The notes below the pieces were generated by a model, which ran no database searches, had not been told where the DNA came from, and was given only the letters and a program-made list of their open reading frames with translations. From the NCBI GenBank assembly GCA_024645005.1, contig JAHEGS010000006.1, positions 21,981 to 85,980 of the forward strand: 64,000 nt of DNA, in the 5' to 3' direction. Below are positions 9,657-17,799 of the stretch, piece by piece (position 1 is the first letter of the stretch; every line of letters begins with the position of its first letter). The DNA is from Bacteroidota bacterium (GTDB taxonomy: Bacteria; Bacteroidota; Bacteroidia; NS11-12g; UBA9320). Position numbers and translations under genes: made by a program.

Positions 9657-10309
9657 TACTGGTTTGTTATTTCGTTAATGTGTTGTTTTAAGTATGTTCT
9701 TCCTTTTTCAGTGCATATTCCGTGTAGGTGATAACTTACCATTTGAAAGTGAATAGTCTGAAATTGATAATTATTCTCTGCAGATGTAAATTGTTTTACC
9801 ATGCCACTTACCAGAGTGATGTACATGAGAGCTATAAGATCGGCATTTAAATCAGAGCGAAATAACCCTGATTTGATTCCATTTTTTAAGTTGTTTTTTA
9901 TCGTTTCTTTAAAATAATCCGTCCTAAATTCTTCCATTTTTGCCCATTGATCAGGATAAAATTTTTGCATGTCATAAATCATTGTTGGATTGAGATTTTT
10001 CTTTGACTGACTGATATATCTGCTGAAATCAATCATGCGTTGAATGGCATTTTTATCACTATTAGCATACTTTTTTAAAGTTGATTTTTCAAAATTTATT
10101 TTCTCTTCAATAACTCGATTTACTAAGTCTTGTTTGTCTTTAAAACATTTATAAATCGTTTTTTTACTAATACGAAGTATCTGAGCAATATCATCCATAC
10201 TAACACTTTTGATGCCAATTCGCATAAAAAGTTGTTTTGCTTCCTCTAATATTTTGTAAGATTCGTCCAAAAGTATGGTGCAAATTAAATTTGGAAACTT
10301 ATAAAACAC
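9656..10309 (-). CDS. TetR/AcrR family transcriptional regulator, first gene of the efflux operon
   Basis: TetR HTH block ILEEAKQLFMRIGIKSVSMDDIAQILRISKKTIYKCFKDK. Start is uncertain: the longest ORF uses GTG at 10309, while an in-frame TTG at 10270 would give the more typical N-terminus MDESYKILEEAK... Confidence 0.8.
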   Translation of the reverse strand: MFYKFPNLICTILLDESYKILEEAKQLFMRIGIKSVSMDDIAQILRISKKTIYKCFKDKQDLVNRVIEEKINFEKSTLKKYANSDKNAIQRMIDFSRYISQSKKNLNPTMIYDMQKFYPDQWAKMEEFRTDYFKETIKNNLKNGIKSGLFRSDLNADLIALMYITLVSGMVKQFTSAENNYQFQTIHFQMVSYHLHGICTEKGRTYLKQHINEITNQ

Positions 10310-10321
10310 AAATAGTTTCCA
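10292..10321. promoter_or_regulatory. Perfect 8-bp inverted repeat TGGAAACT-N14-AGTTTCCA; candidate TetR operator
   Basis: Read directly: TGGAAACT at 10292-10299 and AGTTTCCA at 10314-10321. Located at or just upstream of the 5' end of the tetR-efflux operon. Confidence 0.3.
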
Positions 10322-10436
10322 TGGTTTTGTCGGATTTTTATATCATTTCATCTGTTTTTAAGGGAATAGCCACATTGGTAACAAAAAACAAGATAAATAT
10401 GATTCAACATACTTTGACATTATTTACTTTCGTGTC

Positions 10437-11075
10437 GTGGGAAAAAACACTTCGTTTTTGGTTGGTTTAGCTGGTGGCAGTGCTTCCGGGAAGACTACTT
10501 TTATTCGTCAGATTAGCAAAGAATTTGGGGATAATCAAGTTTGTGTTATTTCACAAGATCACTATTACAAAGGGTTGTCAGAACAATTGAGAGACGAAAA
10601 TGGTATCGTCAATTTTGATCATCCTACAGGTATTGATTTTAAACGTATAAAAAAAGACATTAGAAAACTACTCAAAGGAAAACCAGTTCAAATTGTCGAA
10701 TATACCTTCAACAATCCAGATGTATTTCCAAAACAGATTACGTATCAACCTGCACCGATTATTTTGTTAGAAGGGCTTTTTGTATTTGCAGATAAAGGTT
10801 TAAATGCCTTGTATGATTATCGTTTGTATATTGATGCAGATGAGGATGTTACCTTAGAAAGACGGCTTAAAAGGGATACTACAGAACGAGGTATGACTCA
10901 TGAAGAAGTGATGTATCAGTGGGATAATCACGTGAAGCCTGCCTATGATCAGTTTTTAAAGCCGCACAAACAAGAGTCGGATTACGTTATTCAGAATACC
11001 CATAATTTCGAAGATTGCCTCTCACATGTTATGGCAAAATTTAGGGGTGTGATTGTACAAAATCAGGAGGGTTAA
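10437..11075 (+). CDS. udk: Uridine kinase
   Basis: 212 aa. P-loop GLAGGSASGKTT, then VISQDHYY and LLEGLF blocks typical of Udk. GTG start. Confidence 0.85.
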   Translation: MGKNTSFLVGLAGGSASGKTTFIRQISKEFGDNQVCVISQDHYYKGLSEQLRDENGIVNFDHPTGIDFKRIKKDIRKLLKGKPVQIVEYTFNNPDVFPKQITYQPAPIILLEGLFVFADKGLNALYDYRLYIDADEDVTLERRLKRDTTERGMTHEEVMYQWDNHVKPAYDQFLKPHKQESDYVIQNTHNFEDCLSHVMAKFRGVIVQNQEG

Positions 11076-11115
11076 ACTCCCATTTTTGGAGCTATGAATT
11101 CATCACAAACTTTAA

Positions 11116-11146
11116 TTGTTAAGTTCCACGAATACAACTAAATTTG
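11116..11146 (+). promoter_or_regulatory. Candidate Bacteroidota promoter for secDF (-33 TTG / -7 TAAATTTG)
   Basis: TAAATTTG at 11139-11146 matches TAnnTTTG. TTG at 11116-11118 lies 20 nt upstream. ATG is 46 nt downstream of the box. Confidence 0.4.
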
Positions 11147-11192
11147 CCGTCTTTGAAATTTTTGAAAAAATTCTAATAGAAACTAGATAGAT

Positions 11193-14192
11193 ATGAACAA
11201 TAAAGGATTTATCCAATTTATTACTGTACTGCTTTTACTAGCAAGTGCTTACCAACTTTCGTTTACGTTTGTTACAAGCTCTGTAGAAAAATCTGCCGCA
11301 TCACAAGCTGCATCAATGTATCCAAGCTCAACAATCCAAAAGGATAGTTTTGAGCATCGTTATTTGGATTCAATGTCACAAGAGGAGGTTTATCCTGGAC
11401 TAGGGTTCACTTACCAAGAGTGTAAAGAGAATGAACTAAACCTCGGTCTTGACTTACAGGGTGGAATGAATGTAACCCTAGAAGTAGAGACACCTGCAGT
11501 AATCGAGGCTATGGCTAATAATACTTCTGATCAAGCTTTTTTAGCTGCATTTGAGAAGTCAAAAAAGGAATATTTAGGTCAGCAAAATTTTGTTGATTTA
11601 TTAGCGAAAAATTACGAAGCTGAGAATCCAGACGGAAAAATAGTAAGTATTTTTTATGGTAAAGGTTTGAAAGCAGAATTACCTAACGAGTACAATTCTA
11701 CCAATGAGGAAGTGTTTGATTATCTCAAAAGAGAGAGTGAAAGTGCCATTAGCAGAGCATTTGAAATTATCAGTACACGTATAGATAAGTTCGGAGTAGC
11801 ACAGCCTAACGTTCAGCGATTGGATAATGGTCGAATTTTAGTGGAGCTTCCCGGTGTTGACGACCCTCAACGTGTTAGAGATCTATTACAGAGTTCTGCA
11901 AAACTTGAGTTTTGGAAGGTATTCCCAAATTACAAGGGTTTTGAGTATTTGGAGCAAGTCAATAAAATTGTTTACGGGGTAAATCAACTTAACAACATGG
12001 GCAATGAGGATGAAGCTACTGAAATAGTAGATAAAAAGACCTCTAAAGATACATCAACGAGCAAAGATGGAGATTTATTTGGTGATGATTTATTAGCATC
12101 ATCGGATTCAGCAGGAAATGATTCTGTGCAGAAATCTCGAGAAGAAATTCAACGAGAAAATCCAGTTCTAAGTAAATTAGTACCCAATGTAGCTAACGAA
12201 GGAAAAAATTGGGCACAGTCTGCTGAGATTGGATATATCGATGTAAATGATGTTGAAGATTTTAAACGTTATTTCAAAAGAAAAGATGTAATAGCGGCAT
12301 TACCATCCAATTTATATTTCAAGTTTGGTTTCAAACCAATCAAAATAGAAGGAAGAGATTTTATTGCTCTTTATGCACTAAAAAGTGGTAGAGGTGGTCA
12401 ACCTGCATTAGCTGGTGATGTAATAACAGATGCCCGTCCTACTCGTCAAGATGATTTAAACCTTGCCGTAAGTATGCAGATGAACCAAGAAGGAACTTCT
12501 GTGTGGAGAAGAATTACAAAAGAAGCCTCTTCAAGTAGTCCGAAAGAGTGTATAGCAGTTGTACTTGATGATCAAGTATACAGTGCTCCAACGGTTCAAG
12601 GAGAGATCCCTAACGGAAGTTCGGTGATTACGGGTAACTATGAGTTGGATGAAGCGACTGACTTAGCAAATATCTTAAAGGCTGGTAAACTACCTGCACC
12701 TGCAAAAATTACAGGAGAGACCACAGTAGGACCAACACTAGGAGCTAGAGCAATTAATGCAGGTCTTATTTCACTTGCGGTAGGATTTTTATTGGTCATC
12801 CTTTTTATGATTATTTACTACGGCAAAGCAGGTTTGTATGCAGATATCGCTCTTTTAGTGAATTTGGTTTTCATTATTGGTGTCCTTGCTGGATTACACG
12901 CGGCACTTACCTTACCAGGTATGGCAGGACTCGTACTGACCATTGGTATGGCGGTAGATGCCAACGTACTCATCTTTGAGCGTGTTCGAGAGGAATTACA
13001 AGGTGGTAAATCATTTAAAATGGCTATCAAGGATGGTTATTCAGGAGCATACTCTTCTATAATCGATGCAAATATTACGACCATAATTGCAGGGGTTATT
13101 CTTTGGGTATTAGGTAAAGGTCCTGTGATGGGATTTGCTGTTATACTTGTGATTGGTATTTTATCATCCTTATTTACATCTATATTTTTAACTCGATTGC
13201 TTATCGACAACGATCTTAAAAAAGGAAAAGAAACTTCATTCTACTCATCCTTCTCAAAATCGATTGGACAGAAATTGAATACCATCAATTGGAATTTCAT
13301 AGGTAAACGTAAAACATTTTACATTATATCTTCCATCATTATCATTGGTGGTATTGCATCGCTTGCCACTAAGGGGGTTTCAACAGGTGTTGACTTCAAA
13401 GGTGGATGGAGTTATGTAGTGAGTGTAGAAAATGCTTCAACAGCTCAAGTAAAAGAGGCGTTGACAGCCAAATTTGTAGATGCCAATACGGAGGTTAAAA
13501 CGTATGGTTCTGCTAATCAATATAAGGTAACTACATCTTACATGATTGATAACAAAGATGCTGATGCTGGTGCGAATGTTGAAACGGCATTGGTTTCGGC
13601 TTTGAGTAATTTCAATGTCACAGGAGATAATATTTTATCAAGCAGTAAGGTAGGTCCAACGATAGCAAAAGATATTACGGTTAGATCTACATGGGCTATT
13701 GCTCTTGCTATTATTGGTATGTTTTTATACATATTAGTTAGATTTAGAAACGTAGGATTTAGTTTGGGTGCTACCACAGCCATTTTTCATGATGTTTTGG
13801 TCGTTTTTTCCCTGTACTCTATTTTGTGGGGTATCTTACCTTTTGAGCTATCCATTGATCAAGCATTTATAGCTGCAATCCTGACAGTTGTGGGTTATTC
13901 AATAAATGATACAGTGGTAGTATTTGACCGTGTTAGAGAATTTATAGGACAAAACAGAAGAGAGTCTGATCAGTCTAAAGTCATCAATAAAGCAATAAAC
14001 TCTACACTAAGTAGAACATTGATTACCTCATTGACCACCTTATTGGTTATTTTAATCTTGTTTGCGTTTGGTGGCGAGGGACTAAAAGGGTTCACTTTTG
14101 CTCTACTTGTAGGTGTTGCAGTAGGTACCTATTCTTCGGTTTGTGTGGCTACACCAATTGTAGTAGACTTCATGAAACGATTCAAGAAATAA
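11193..14192 (+). CDS. secDF: Protein translocase subunit SecDF (fused)
   Basis: 999 aa. N-terminal TM, large periplasmic domain, SecD TM bundle (LTLPGMAGLVLTIGMAVDANVLIFERVREE), then SecF half (AILTVVGYSINDTVVVFDRVRE). Confidence 0.9.
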   Translation: MNNKGFIQFITVLLLLASAYQLSFTFVTSSVEKSAASQAASMYPSSTIQKDSFEHRYLDSMSQEEVYPGLGFTYQECKENELNLGLDLQGGMNVTLEVETPAVIEAMANNTSDQAFLAAFEKSKKEYLGQQNFVDLLAKNYEAENPDGKIVSIFYGKGLKAELPNEYNSTNEEVFDYLKRESESAISRAFEIISTRIDKFGVAQPNVQRLDNGRILVELPGVDDPQRVRDLLQSSAKLEFWKVFPNYKGFEYLEQVNKIVYGVNQLNNMGNEDEATEIVDKKTSKDTSTSKDGDLFGDDLLASSDSAGNDSVQKSREEIQRENPVLSKLVPNVANEGKNWAQSAEIGYIDVNDVEDFKRYFKRKDVIAALPSNLYFKFGFKPIKIEGRDFIALYALKSGRGGQPALAGDVITDARPTRQDDLNLAVSMQMNQEGTSVWRRITKEASSSSPKECIAVVLDDQVYSAPTVQGEIPNGSSVITGNYELDEATDLANILKAGKLPAPAKITGETTVGPTLGARAINAGLISLAVGFLLVILFMIIYYGKAGLYADIALLVNLVFIIGVLAGLHAALTLPGMAGLVLTIGMAVDANVLIFERVREELQGGKSFKMAIKDGYSGAYSSIIDANITTIIAGVILWVLGKGPVMGFAVILVIGILSSLFTSIFLTRLLIDNDLKKGKETSFYSSFSKSIGQKLNTINWNFIGKRKTFYIISSIIIIGGIASLATKGVSTGVDFKGGWSYVVSVENASTAQVKEALTAKFVDANTEVKTYGSANQYKVTTSYMIDNKDADAGANVETALVSALSNFNVTGDNILSSSKVGPTIAKDITVRSTWAIALAIIGMFLYILVRFRNVGFSLGATTAIFHDVLVVFSLYSILWGILPFELSIDQAFIAAILTVVGYSINDTVVVFDRVREFIGQNRRESDQSKVINKAINSTLSRTLITSLTTLLVILILFAFGGEGLKGFTFALLVGVAVGTYSSVCVATPIVVDFMKRFKK

Positions 14193-14219
14193 CTGAAACT
14201 AACTTATTACTTATCTGGG

Positions 14220-14251
14220 CCTCCTCACTTATAAAGTGGGGAGGTTTTTTT
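14220..14251 (+). terminator. Intrinsic terminator of secDF
   Basis: CCTCCTCAC-ttataaa-GTGGGGAGG (9 bp including one G-U pair) followed by TTTTTTT. Confidence 0.75.
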
Positions 14252-14389
14252 GTGTTTAAAAATTATACGCAATTATGACAATTATAATGCCTTAAAAAGT
14301 GGGTGAAATAATTAGTTTATTTTAAATTCGTAGTATTAAAATATTAATGTTTATCAATTCGAAAACATAATTTTAATTTAGTTAAACAA

Positions 14390-14435
14390 AAGCCCTCATA
14401 ACTCCGTTTTGAGGGCTTATTTTTTATTTTTTTTT
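14390..14435. terminator. Second, orphan hairpin terminator in the secDF/PGI-PMI convergent gap
   Basis: 9-bp stem AAGCCCTCA / TGAGGGCTT (14390-14398 / 14410-14418). ATTTTTTATTTTTTTTT follows on the + strand and TTTGTTT on the - strand. Confidence 0.55.
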
Positions 14436-14461
14436 AAAAAAACCATTTTTTTGATGCTTTC

Positions 14462-14491
14462 ATAAAAAAGCCCCAATCAAAAATTGAGGCT
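14462..14491 (-). terminator. Intrinsic terminator of the PGI/PMI-like gene
   Basis: On the - strand: AAGCCTCAAT-ttttg-ATTGGGGCTT (one mismatch) followed by TTTTTAT. Lies 36 nt downstream of the stop at 14527. Confidence 0.6.
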
Positions 14492-14526
14492 TTTAATGAT
14501 ATTTTGATAGATTTATACGGTTAATC

Positions 14527-15516
14527 CTAGACGATTTCTAAATCGCTTAAAAAACCTTTTAGGTTCATAATAATAGGGACATTCATCAAATCTGATCCCA
14601 ATTCATTAGCAAGCATAACACTTACCCAATCTAGTCTATATATGACATCAAATATTGCCTGAAGTGAATATTCAGGAATTTGCATCGGTAAAATGGTATT
14701 ATTATCTAGCTCTAAATGTGATATTAGAAAATCAAATCGGGCAGCTACTCGTGGATTTTCATTAGAGTAAAGCATGATAAAATTGGTATCAAGTCGATCC
14801 GTATAACTTTCAATAGCATTGTGATTAGCTTCAGGAAGCACATTCACAAATCCTTCAAGTTTTGAGTTTTCTTGGAGTTGTTGTGTAAACCTAATTGCAA
14901 TAGGAGCATATTCTCGATCTGCTACGATGACAAATTTCTTGCGAATAGTATTTTTAAAGAAGTTGAATATTTGCTCACCACTTTGTTTTTGACGGTCTCT
15001 ATTTTCTTCGAAATAGTCTCGGATATCTTGGATGATGGGGCGGTGGTCAACTCCAATAAGTTCTCCAAATATCATACTGATAAATCCGAGTCCTTGACCA
15101 ATGGTCATCCGAGGTTGATATCCACCTTTAAGATCGTATGTCTTTAAGTTATTTTGGGTAGCTAGTTCTTTAAGTTTTCCTCCACCAGTTAGAATAATCA
15201 TTGCACACCCAATTGCATTTGCCTCTTCAAATAATTGAAGTGTTTCTTCTGTATTGCCAGAATAGGAGTTTAGAATAACAAGTGTCTTTTTACCAGCAAA
15301 TTTTGGAAGGTGATAGTCCGCTACGGTTTCAATAGGAATAGAGCATTTATCAAAAAACCAATTCTTGGCAATTACTGCTCCAATACCACTTCCACCTAAA
15401 CCTCCCATGACAATATTATCAAATTGATTGACATTCATTTCATGGTTTGTATAATTATCTAATACAAAGTCAAATTGTTCGGTAAAATTTTCTAGTGACG
15501 ATTCGTGTGTAATCAT
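14527..15516 (-). CDS. Bifunctional phosphoglucose/phosphomannose isomerase family protein (SIS domain)
   Basis: 329 aa. SIS nucleotide-sugar binding blocks (VMGGLGGSGIGA, LNSYSGNTEETL, ILTGGGKL) and the C-terminal bacterial PGI/PMI-type domain. Confidence 0.7.
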   Translation of the reverse strand: MITHESSLENFTEQFDFVLDNYTNHEMNVNQFDNIVMGGLGGSGIGAVIAKNWFFDKCSIPIETVADYHLPKFAGKKTLVILNSYSGNTEETLQLFEEANAIGCAMIILTGGGKLKELATQNNLKTYDLKGGYQPRMTIGQGLGFISMIFGELIGVDHRPIIQDIRDYFEENRDRQKQSGEQIFNFFKNTIRKKFVIVADREYAPIAIRFTQQLQENSKLEGFVNVLPEANHNAIESYTDRLDTNFIMLYSNENPRVAARFDFLISHLELDNNTILPMQIPEYSLQAIFDVIYRLDWVSVMLANELGSDLMNVPIIMNLKGFLSDLEIV

Positions 15517-15529
15517 TTGTTATTCTTAA

Positions 15530-15537
15530 TACTTTTG
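15530..15537 (+). promoter_or_regulatory. Candidate -7 box (TACTTTTG) for rluD
   Basis: Exact TAnnTTTG match 62 nt upstream of the ATG at 15600. No good -33 TTTG at canonical spacing. Confidence 0.3.
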
Positions 15538-15543
15538 TGGCTG

Positions 15544-15551
15544 CAAAAATA
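15544..15551 (-). promoter_or_regulatory. Candidate -7 box (TATTTTTG on the - strand) for the PGI/PMI-like gene
   Basis: + strand CAAAAATA is the reverse complement of TATTTTTG. The box ends 27 nt upstream of the ATG whose A is at 15516. It sits back to back with the + strand box at 15530-15537. Confidence 0.3.
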
Positions 15552-15599
15552 AACAGATAAACGGTTTACTTGTTTCTGTATATACATAGATTTAAAAAA

Positions 15600-16637
15600 A
15601 TGTCTAATCCATCAAATACCGAAGTTAAAATAGTAGAAGATGAACTTTTTATTAAGTACACTTTCACTGTTGACGATGGTCAAGAGCCACTTCGAATAGA
15701 CAAATATTTGGTGAGTAAAATTGAAAGAGCTAGTCGAAATAAATTACAGGAAGCAATTGATCAAAAGCATGTTATAGTGGATGGTAAAGCGGTTAAGTCT
15801 AATTATAAGGTGAAACCCCAAAATTTCATTGAAGTATTGGTGGATAAAGAACCTTCAGAATTAGAAGTGATTCCTCAAGATATACCACTTGATATCATTT
15901 ATGAGGATGATGATTTGATGATCATCAATAAAAAGGCAGGAATGGTTGTTCATCCAGGTTTTGGAAATCAGTCGGGTACACTTCTTAACGCTCTAGCTTT
16001 TCTTTTAGATAAGAAAGCAACTCATCGTGGGAAGAGACCTTGGTTAGTACACCGTATTGATAAAAATACGAGTGGTTTGTTAGTTATTGCTAAAAATGAT
16101 GAGTCGATGGCACATCTATCTCAACAATTTAAAGATCACACAATAGAGCGAACATATCAAGCATTAGTTTGGGGAAGTCCTCAAGAGCCATATGGTACCT
16201 TATCAACTATCATTGGACGTGATCAGTATGATCGAAAAAAGTTTGTGGTTTTATCTGATGATGAGGGTCGCGGAAAACACGCAATTACCCATTATAAAGT
16301 TTTAGAGAATTTTTTATATACAAGTTTGTTGGAATGTAAACTAGAAACAGGTCGAACACATCAAATTAGAGTTCATATGAAACACCTTGGTCATCCTTTG
16401 TTTAGTGACGATCATTATGGTGGTAATCGTATTCTTAAAGGTGTCGTATTTAGTAAGTATAAACAGTTCGTAGATAACTGCTTTAGTATTTTACCACGGC
16501 AAGGCTTGCATGCGAAGTCTCTTGGATTTCAGCATCCAAGTACTCATGAATGGATGCAATTTGAATCGGATCTTCCACATGATATGCAAACAGTCGTGAA
16601 TAAATGGAGGAACGCTTCAAAAACGTACGGTTTTTAG
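15600..16637 (+). CDS. rluD: RluA-family pseudouridine synthase (RluD-like, with N-terminal S4 domain)
   Basis: S4 domain (RIDKYLVSKIERASRNKLQEAIDQKHVIVDGKAVK) and catalytic block HRIDKNTSGLLVIAKN...GRTHQIRVH. ATG at 15600 in an A-rich context is preferred over the TTG at 15570 used by the longest ORF. Confidence 0.85.
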   Translation: MSNPSNTEVKIVEDELFIKYTFTVDDGQEPLRIDKYLVSKIERASRNKLQEAIDQKHVIVDGKAVKSNYKVKPQNFIEVLVDKEPSELEVIPQDIPLDIIYEDDDLMIINKKAGMVVHPGFGNQSGTLLNALAFLLDKKATHRGKRPWLVHRIDKNTSGLLVIAKNDESMAHLSQQFKDHTIERTYQALVWGSPQEPYGTLSTIIGRDQYDRKKFVVLSDDEGRGKHAITHYKVLENFLYTSLLECKLETGRTHQIRVHMKHLGHPLFSDDHYGGNRILKGVVFSKYKQFVDNCFSILPRQGLHAKSLGFQHPSTHEWMQFESDLPHDMQTVVNKWRNASKTYGF

Positions 16638-17630
16638 TTAGGGTCTAAAATAACTCTTCTTAACCAATAGCTTGCCCATAGTGTATTCTTGCACTGTTAC
16701 CAAAAAAGGGAAGTCCGTAAATGTGGCAAAATAGCGTTCGGTATCTTCCACAATCAGCTGTCCACGTTTGTCGTATAATGAGTTTCCCATTTCAAAAGAA
16801 CCCTTACGATGTAATTTTAACTCAATCGGTTTTCCAGAGGTAGGGGTTACTTTGATGCTTATAAATGGTTGAGCATTTTTAATAGAATCTTTTTGTTCTT
16901 GATTTAGATAGTTTGCAAAACCCTCAAAATTTTTGAATGAAAAAAGCGAAAAATAACTTCGAGCTGCTGATTGCGAAAAATTGTTTATTTGAGGGATGAG
17001 ATTGTATGAAGAATCAATTCGAGTGATTTGAAAAGATTCGCTTGAGTCTTGATGATGAATAACTTTGATTGACTCAATCTGTTCTGAAGAAAAATCAAAA
17101 ATAGTTTGATCAAACCAGTCTTTTTCTAGGGTACTAAATTTGGGTTCCAATAAATTAGCAAAGCCAAAAATATGGGCTTCGTATGGCGTATTTGAACCAT
17201 TTATATGTATGTAAGTAGATGAACGGTCTGGGTTGGATGAACCTACATAATAGTCACGAATACATTCATCTTTTTGAAAAATTTGAACATGTATGGAACG
17301 CCCCACCATTTTGCGTATTACATTTTGTTGAGCTGTTTTAGCTACAGGTCCTTTAATCCGAATATTTTTAATTGTTTCATTTAATAATGATTCAATTTTA
17401 GGTTTGAATGCTTTGAGTTTATCGTTTACAAACCAGTCTCCATCTTTCTTTGATAAAATCACCTCATTTCCTTGACGGTCTTTCATTTTTATAAGACTGA
17501 TTTCTTCCGGATTTTCAACAGCAAAACGGCTAATATCTCTAAAGCTAGTTTGTTCATTTTTATCGAATATGGTCCATAAACAGAAAAGGGCAACTGAAAC
17601 AAGAGCGATTATAATTATTGATTTTCTCAT
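16638..17630 (-). CDS. DUF4340-like membrane-anchored protein (function unknown)
   Basis: 330 aa. Single N-terminal TM helix and repeated beta-rich modules. The N-terminal pattern (F.V.....I..I.......G.E..L.K....W) resembles Bacteroidota DUF4340 proteins, judged by recognition only. Confidence 0.45.
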   Translation of the reverse strand: MRKSIIIIALVSVALFCLWTIFDKNEQTSFRDISRFAVENPEEISLIKMKDRQGNEVILSKKDGDWFVNDKLKAFKPKIESLLNETIKNIRIKGPVAKTAQQNVIRKMVGRSIHVQIFQKDECIRDYYVGSSNPDRSSTYIHINGSNTPYEAHIFGFANLLEPKFSTLEKDWFDQTIFDFSSEQIESIKVIHHQDSSESFQITRIDSSYNLIPQINNFSQSAARSYFSLFSFKNFEGFANYLNQEQKDSIKNAQPFISIKVTPTSGKPIELKLHRKGSFEMGNSLYDKRGQLIVEDTERYFATFTDFPFLVTVQEYTMGKLLVKKSYFRP

Positions 17631-17786
17631 TCTTCGTAGTTCAAAGAAACAACGCTTTTCATTAAGTTGGGTAATTGGATCATCATATATTTAGATTGTC
17701 GGGATAAATATTTCATACATTTTAATTCGTTTTATAGTAAAGTCAAAAGAATAGTCAGTTAAACCTTTATTCTCATTTGCTTGTTA

Positions 17787-17794
17787 TAAATTTG
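17787..17794 (+). promoter_or_regulatory. Candidate -7 box (TAAATTTG) directly upstream of aroB
   Basis: Exact TAnnTTTG match. Its G at 17794 is 5 nt upstream of the GTG at 17800. Confidence 0.3.
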
Positions 17795-17799
17795 AAGTT

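Noticed and set aside
3688-10309. TetR-TolC-MFP-RND operon considered as a horizontally acquired resistance island.
   Set aside because: No flanking integrase, transposase, tRNA or direct repeats are present. Base composition and codon style look the same as in neighbouring housekeeping genes, and such operons are ordinary chromosomal content in Bacteroidota.
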